Origin: Amoebidium appalachense
Lineage: Eukaryota > Protista > Ichthyosporea
Assembly (NCBI GenBank): GCA_963693365.1
Contig: CAVNZM010000003.1
Location: forward strand, 14,230,914 to 14,294,913
Length of the DNA: 64,000 nucleotides
Direction of reading: 5' to 3'
The translations under genes were made by a program, and so were the position numbers. A model generated the notes under the pieces. The model was not told the origin of the DNA and did not search any database. It saw nothing but the letters and a program-made list of their open reading frames with translations. Of the stretch, positions 61,085 through 64,000 are shown piece after piece. Position 1 is the stretch's first letter, and every line of letters begins with the position of its first letter.

Positions 61085-63172
61085 AACATAATCGAGACGG
61101 GCTCTGGGAGCCTATTTTTAGATACTAATTAAAATTTAACATAATGACCTCGACCCTTGTCGGGGCGGTATGTTATGCGTGGACGCATACTGTAGTCGAA
61201 CTCCATGGCCATTTCGGCGTGTATTAAGATTGACCTTTTGAGTCACGTTTTGGTTGGCGAGCTGTTTACGTAGTAAGTATGGGCGGAGGTGTGGTGCTTT
61301 GCTACGGAGTATACTCCGTTTTCGCCGATGAAAGTGTTGTTAAAACGAAATTCGAGGCCTGCACTACTGCCTGCACTGATCGCTCTCGGGTTGTTTATAT
61401 CCTTGATCAGCACAGCTGCTAAAATAGATTCGTGATTCGCAGCTAATCATCATTACCGACAGTGATCATCATCACCTACAGGCCCTTCCGCATCTGCCGG
61501 TACGTGTTTGAATAACACGTGCTAATGAACTCATATTGCTCAAACCTATATAACGTTGTAGTTTATAGGACTTTTAGTTGCTCTTGGGGTCAATAGTTTG
61601 TGTGTGTCAGCGATATGGTGCTACTGAGAACTGCTTGTTCGGTGGTAGAGTTTGGTTGCCCAATCATAGAGAAGAATTAAAAGAATAAAACCTCCACGCA
61701 ATGCTTCGCTCTGATTGGCCGTATTGCGAAATCAAATAATTGCTGACAGTTCCACAAGTTGAAGTGCCAAGAACGTGATCCCCAAGTGATTCTTGTTTAC
61801 ATAAATTTGCAAATATGTTTAACAAAAAGGAATTTGAAATATTAAAAAGTACATGTACAGGCAGCTTTCTGCCTTTTGTATCATTGATAGCACTTCTAAA
61901 CGTTTATGTGAAATTGTGCCCGCACAGGATTGAAGTTAGAGCCGCACGTTCCACATATTTTTGATTGGTTAAGAAAGCACCAACATATCCATATATAGGT
62001 AACAAATTGTCCCACAATCAAACAACCGTTACCAGCAACCAGCACTTGCTTTTCGCGCCATTTTCCCTATTTATGCAATCACGTTTGGTACACTCTGTGG
62101 CCATAGCTCATACGCCATGACGCGCAACAATTTTCAACCAAACCAGAGATACAGCCGCCTTACTCACCGATTCCTCCTCTATGGTGGGGGCTTTGGTCTT
62201 GAGGCTGGCGATATATAAAACGTTACATGCTAGAGCTCAAACTGCAAAGAAAAGACAAAAAAGACGAAGAAAAATGAAGCAGTGCCACTCGGGTACTTTT
62301 ATGATAGTCACGGTAGTTTCGTGATGAATGACGGCGGCGGTTAATCTGGTGCTCAGTAGTACCATTGCTGTCACGGGAGCTTCGTGATAACGATTTAAAG
62401 GTGGAGGTTGCAAGTTTGGACGAGTCGCACCCGGTAAACAAGAAAACTTGGCAGCCGTGGCCGCGGGTGGTTACCGTAGGGAATGTGCATGCACGTTCGT
62501 CTGCGCCGGCGTGAGCTGCCGGCACGTGTGTACATAGAGAGAGTGAGTGTTTACGTTTGTGTGTGCGTGTGTGTGTGTGTGTGTGTGCGTGTGCGCGCGC
62601 GCGCGCGCACCTGTGCTGCGTGTGTGTGTGTGTGTCTGTGTGTCCGTGTGTCTGCTTGTCTGTGTACGTGTGTGTGTGGGTGCGTGTGTAAAATATACCA
62701 CACGACACTAGACCCGATGAAAGCAGACACCTTGAGAAACTAAGCCTTATGTCTCGTTTTATATATATTGACCGCCTAAATCATATTGCCAAATGTGGCA
62801 CTCGAAAATGTGTAACACCTAAATACATATTACCTTCCTGTAGAATTGGTCTTTCTCTAGCTGACGGTATTATTGACCACACTTACCACGCTTTTACTGT
62901 ACACGTGCCATACAGTGGAGATCTAATAAGTATAAGGTGGCATCGTTTGCATGCCCAAACAACACACACACACACCAGTTTAAACGGTCTTGTATTGCCA
63001 AATGTAGTTTGATAGACCACATTATACCACAGCACACACACGACACATTCACAGCAGACACCCAGAAAGATAGCTTACCTGAAAATTACAACATCCTTGA
63101 TTCTATACTAAACACACATAACTATGACCTGTTTATTAGATGTATTGATTGGCTTGAGAAACTCATAATTTT

Positions 63173-63243
<71 letters not shown>

Positions 63244-63867
63244 CTGATACCGAGTGTCCTAGGGGAGCCCGTTAAAAAAAAAACAAAAAAAAACGGGGAA
63301 CCCAACTAATTGATTTTCTTAGTCTTTATGGTGCTTCGTAGAGTAAGAAAACTCTGATATATATCAGCACCCGACATCTATGTACTTGATCATGATATAC
63401 CGCTGAGGGGATAATCCGAGCAAAACCCCCCCATACATGACATGAGACTGGTCTTTCTTTGCCTCGAGTAAACAGCGTAAACCCCCCCCGAGTGTGTGTG
63501 TATTCTCTTCTGTGTATGTGTGTGTGCTTGCACGTGCGCTGTGTTTGTTTCTATGCGCGACGGTTTCGGCGGGTGGCACTGCCGATGTACTTGCACCTTC
63601 TAGTTTCTGCCAAACACATGCATCGCAGCCAAATTTGGTTGCATCACTGATGTCTGCGTTACTATAGTGTGCACGATTTTTGTTGTGTTGCCGAGTATGC
63701 TGAGCCTCATGCGTGTCCGTGTGTGTCTCGGTGAGGAGAAAGAGAGGAGAAGGAGGGAGAGATGTGGAGGGGGGGGAGGGGGGGGGGGGGGGGCAGGGGA
63801 AGAGAGAGAAAGGCGGGGGGGGGGGGGGGGGGGGAGGGGGGAGAGGGAGGGAGGGGGGGGGGGTGAG

Positions 63868-63923
<56 letters not shown>

Positions 63924-64000
63924 AGGGAGAGAGCGAGAGAGACAGAGAGACATCTGGAGAGGAGTAGGGGGAGGGAGAGAGAAAGAGCCGAAGAGAGCGA

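Noticed and set aside
62210-62560. TATA-like motif followed by complex sequence or a 161-aa minus-strand ORF
   Set aside because: No convincing ORF, splice pattern or RNA family motif.

Overview
Eukaryotic, intron-rich and repeat-dense DNA (poly-C/poly-G runs, CA/GT/GA microsatellites) made up almost entirely of mobile or accessory sequence. The left part (1-37.3 kb) is a cluster of spliced genes around a 12-exon Plavaka-type transposase (4825-15002, about 961 aa by my exon joining). The cluster also holds a divergent unknown gene, a small C/H zinc-finger gene and a spliced beta-class (N6A/N4C-type) DNA amino-methyltransferase-like gene. The ORF track does not show this last gene because its exons are split by two LTR insertions, a 1.08-kb TRIM (TSD CATCC) and a 10.7-kb Ty1/copia element (TSD GTATC); removing both restores one reading frame. 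From 38 to 50 kb lies a rearranged, oppositely oriented array of the same copia family, including a non-autonomous derivative. From 53 to 58 kb is a decayed Polinton/Adintovirus-like relic with a protein-primed PolB pseudogene and a possible VLTF3-like fragment. The right end has probable host exons and a non-LTR 3'-end insertion. The content resembles what is described for ichthyosporean (Amoebidium-like) genomes, but the host is only inferred. All exon models and coordinates were read by eye; no database search was run.
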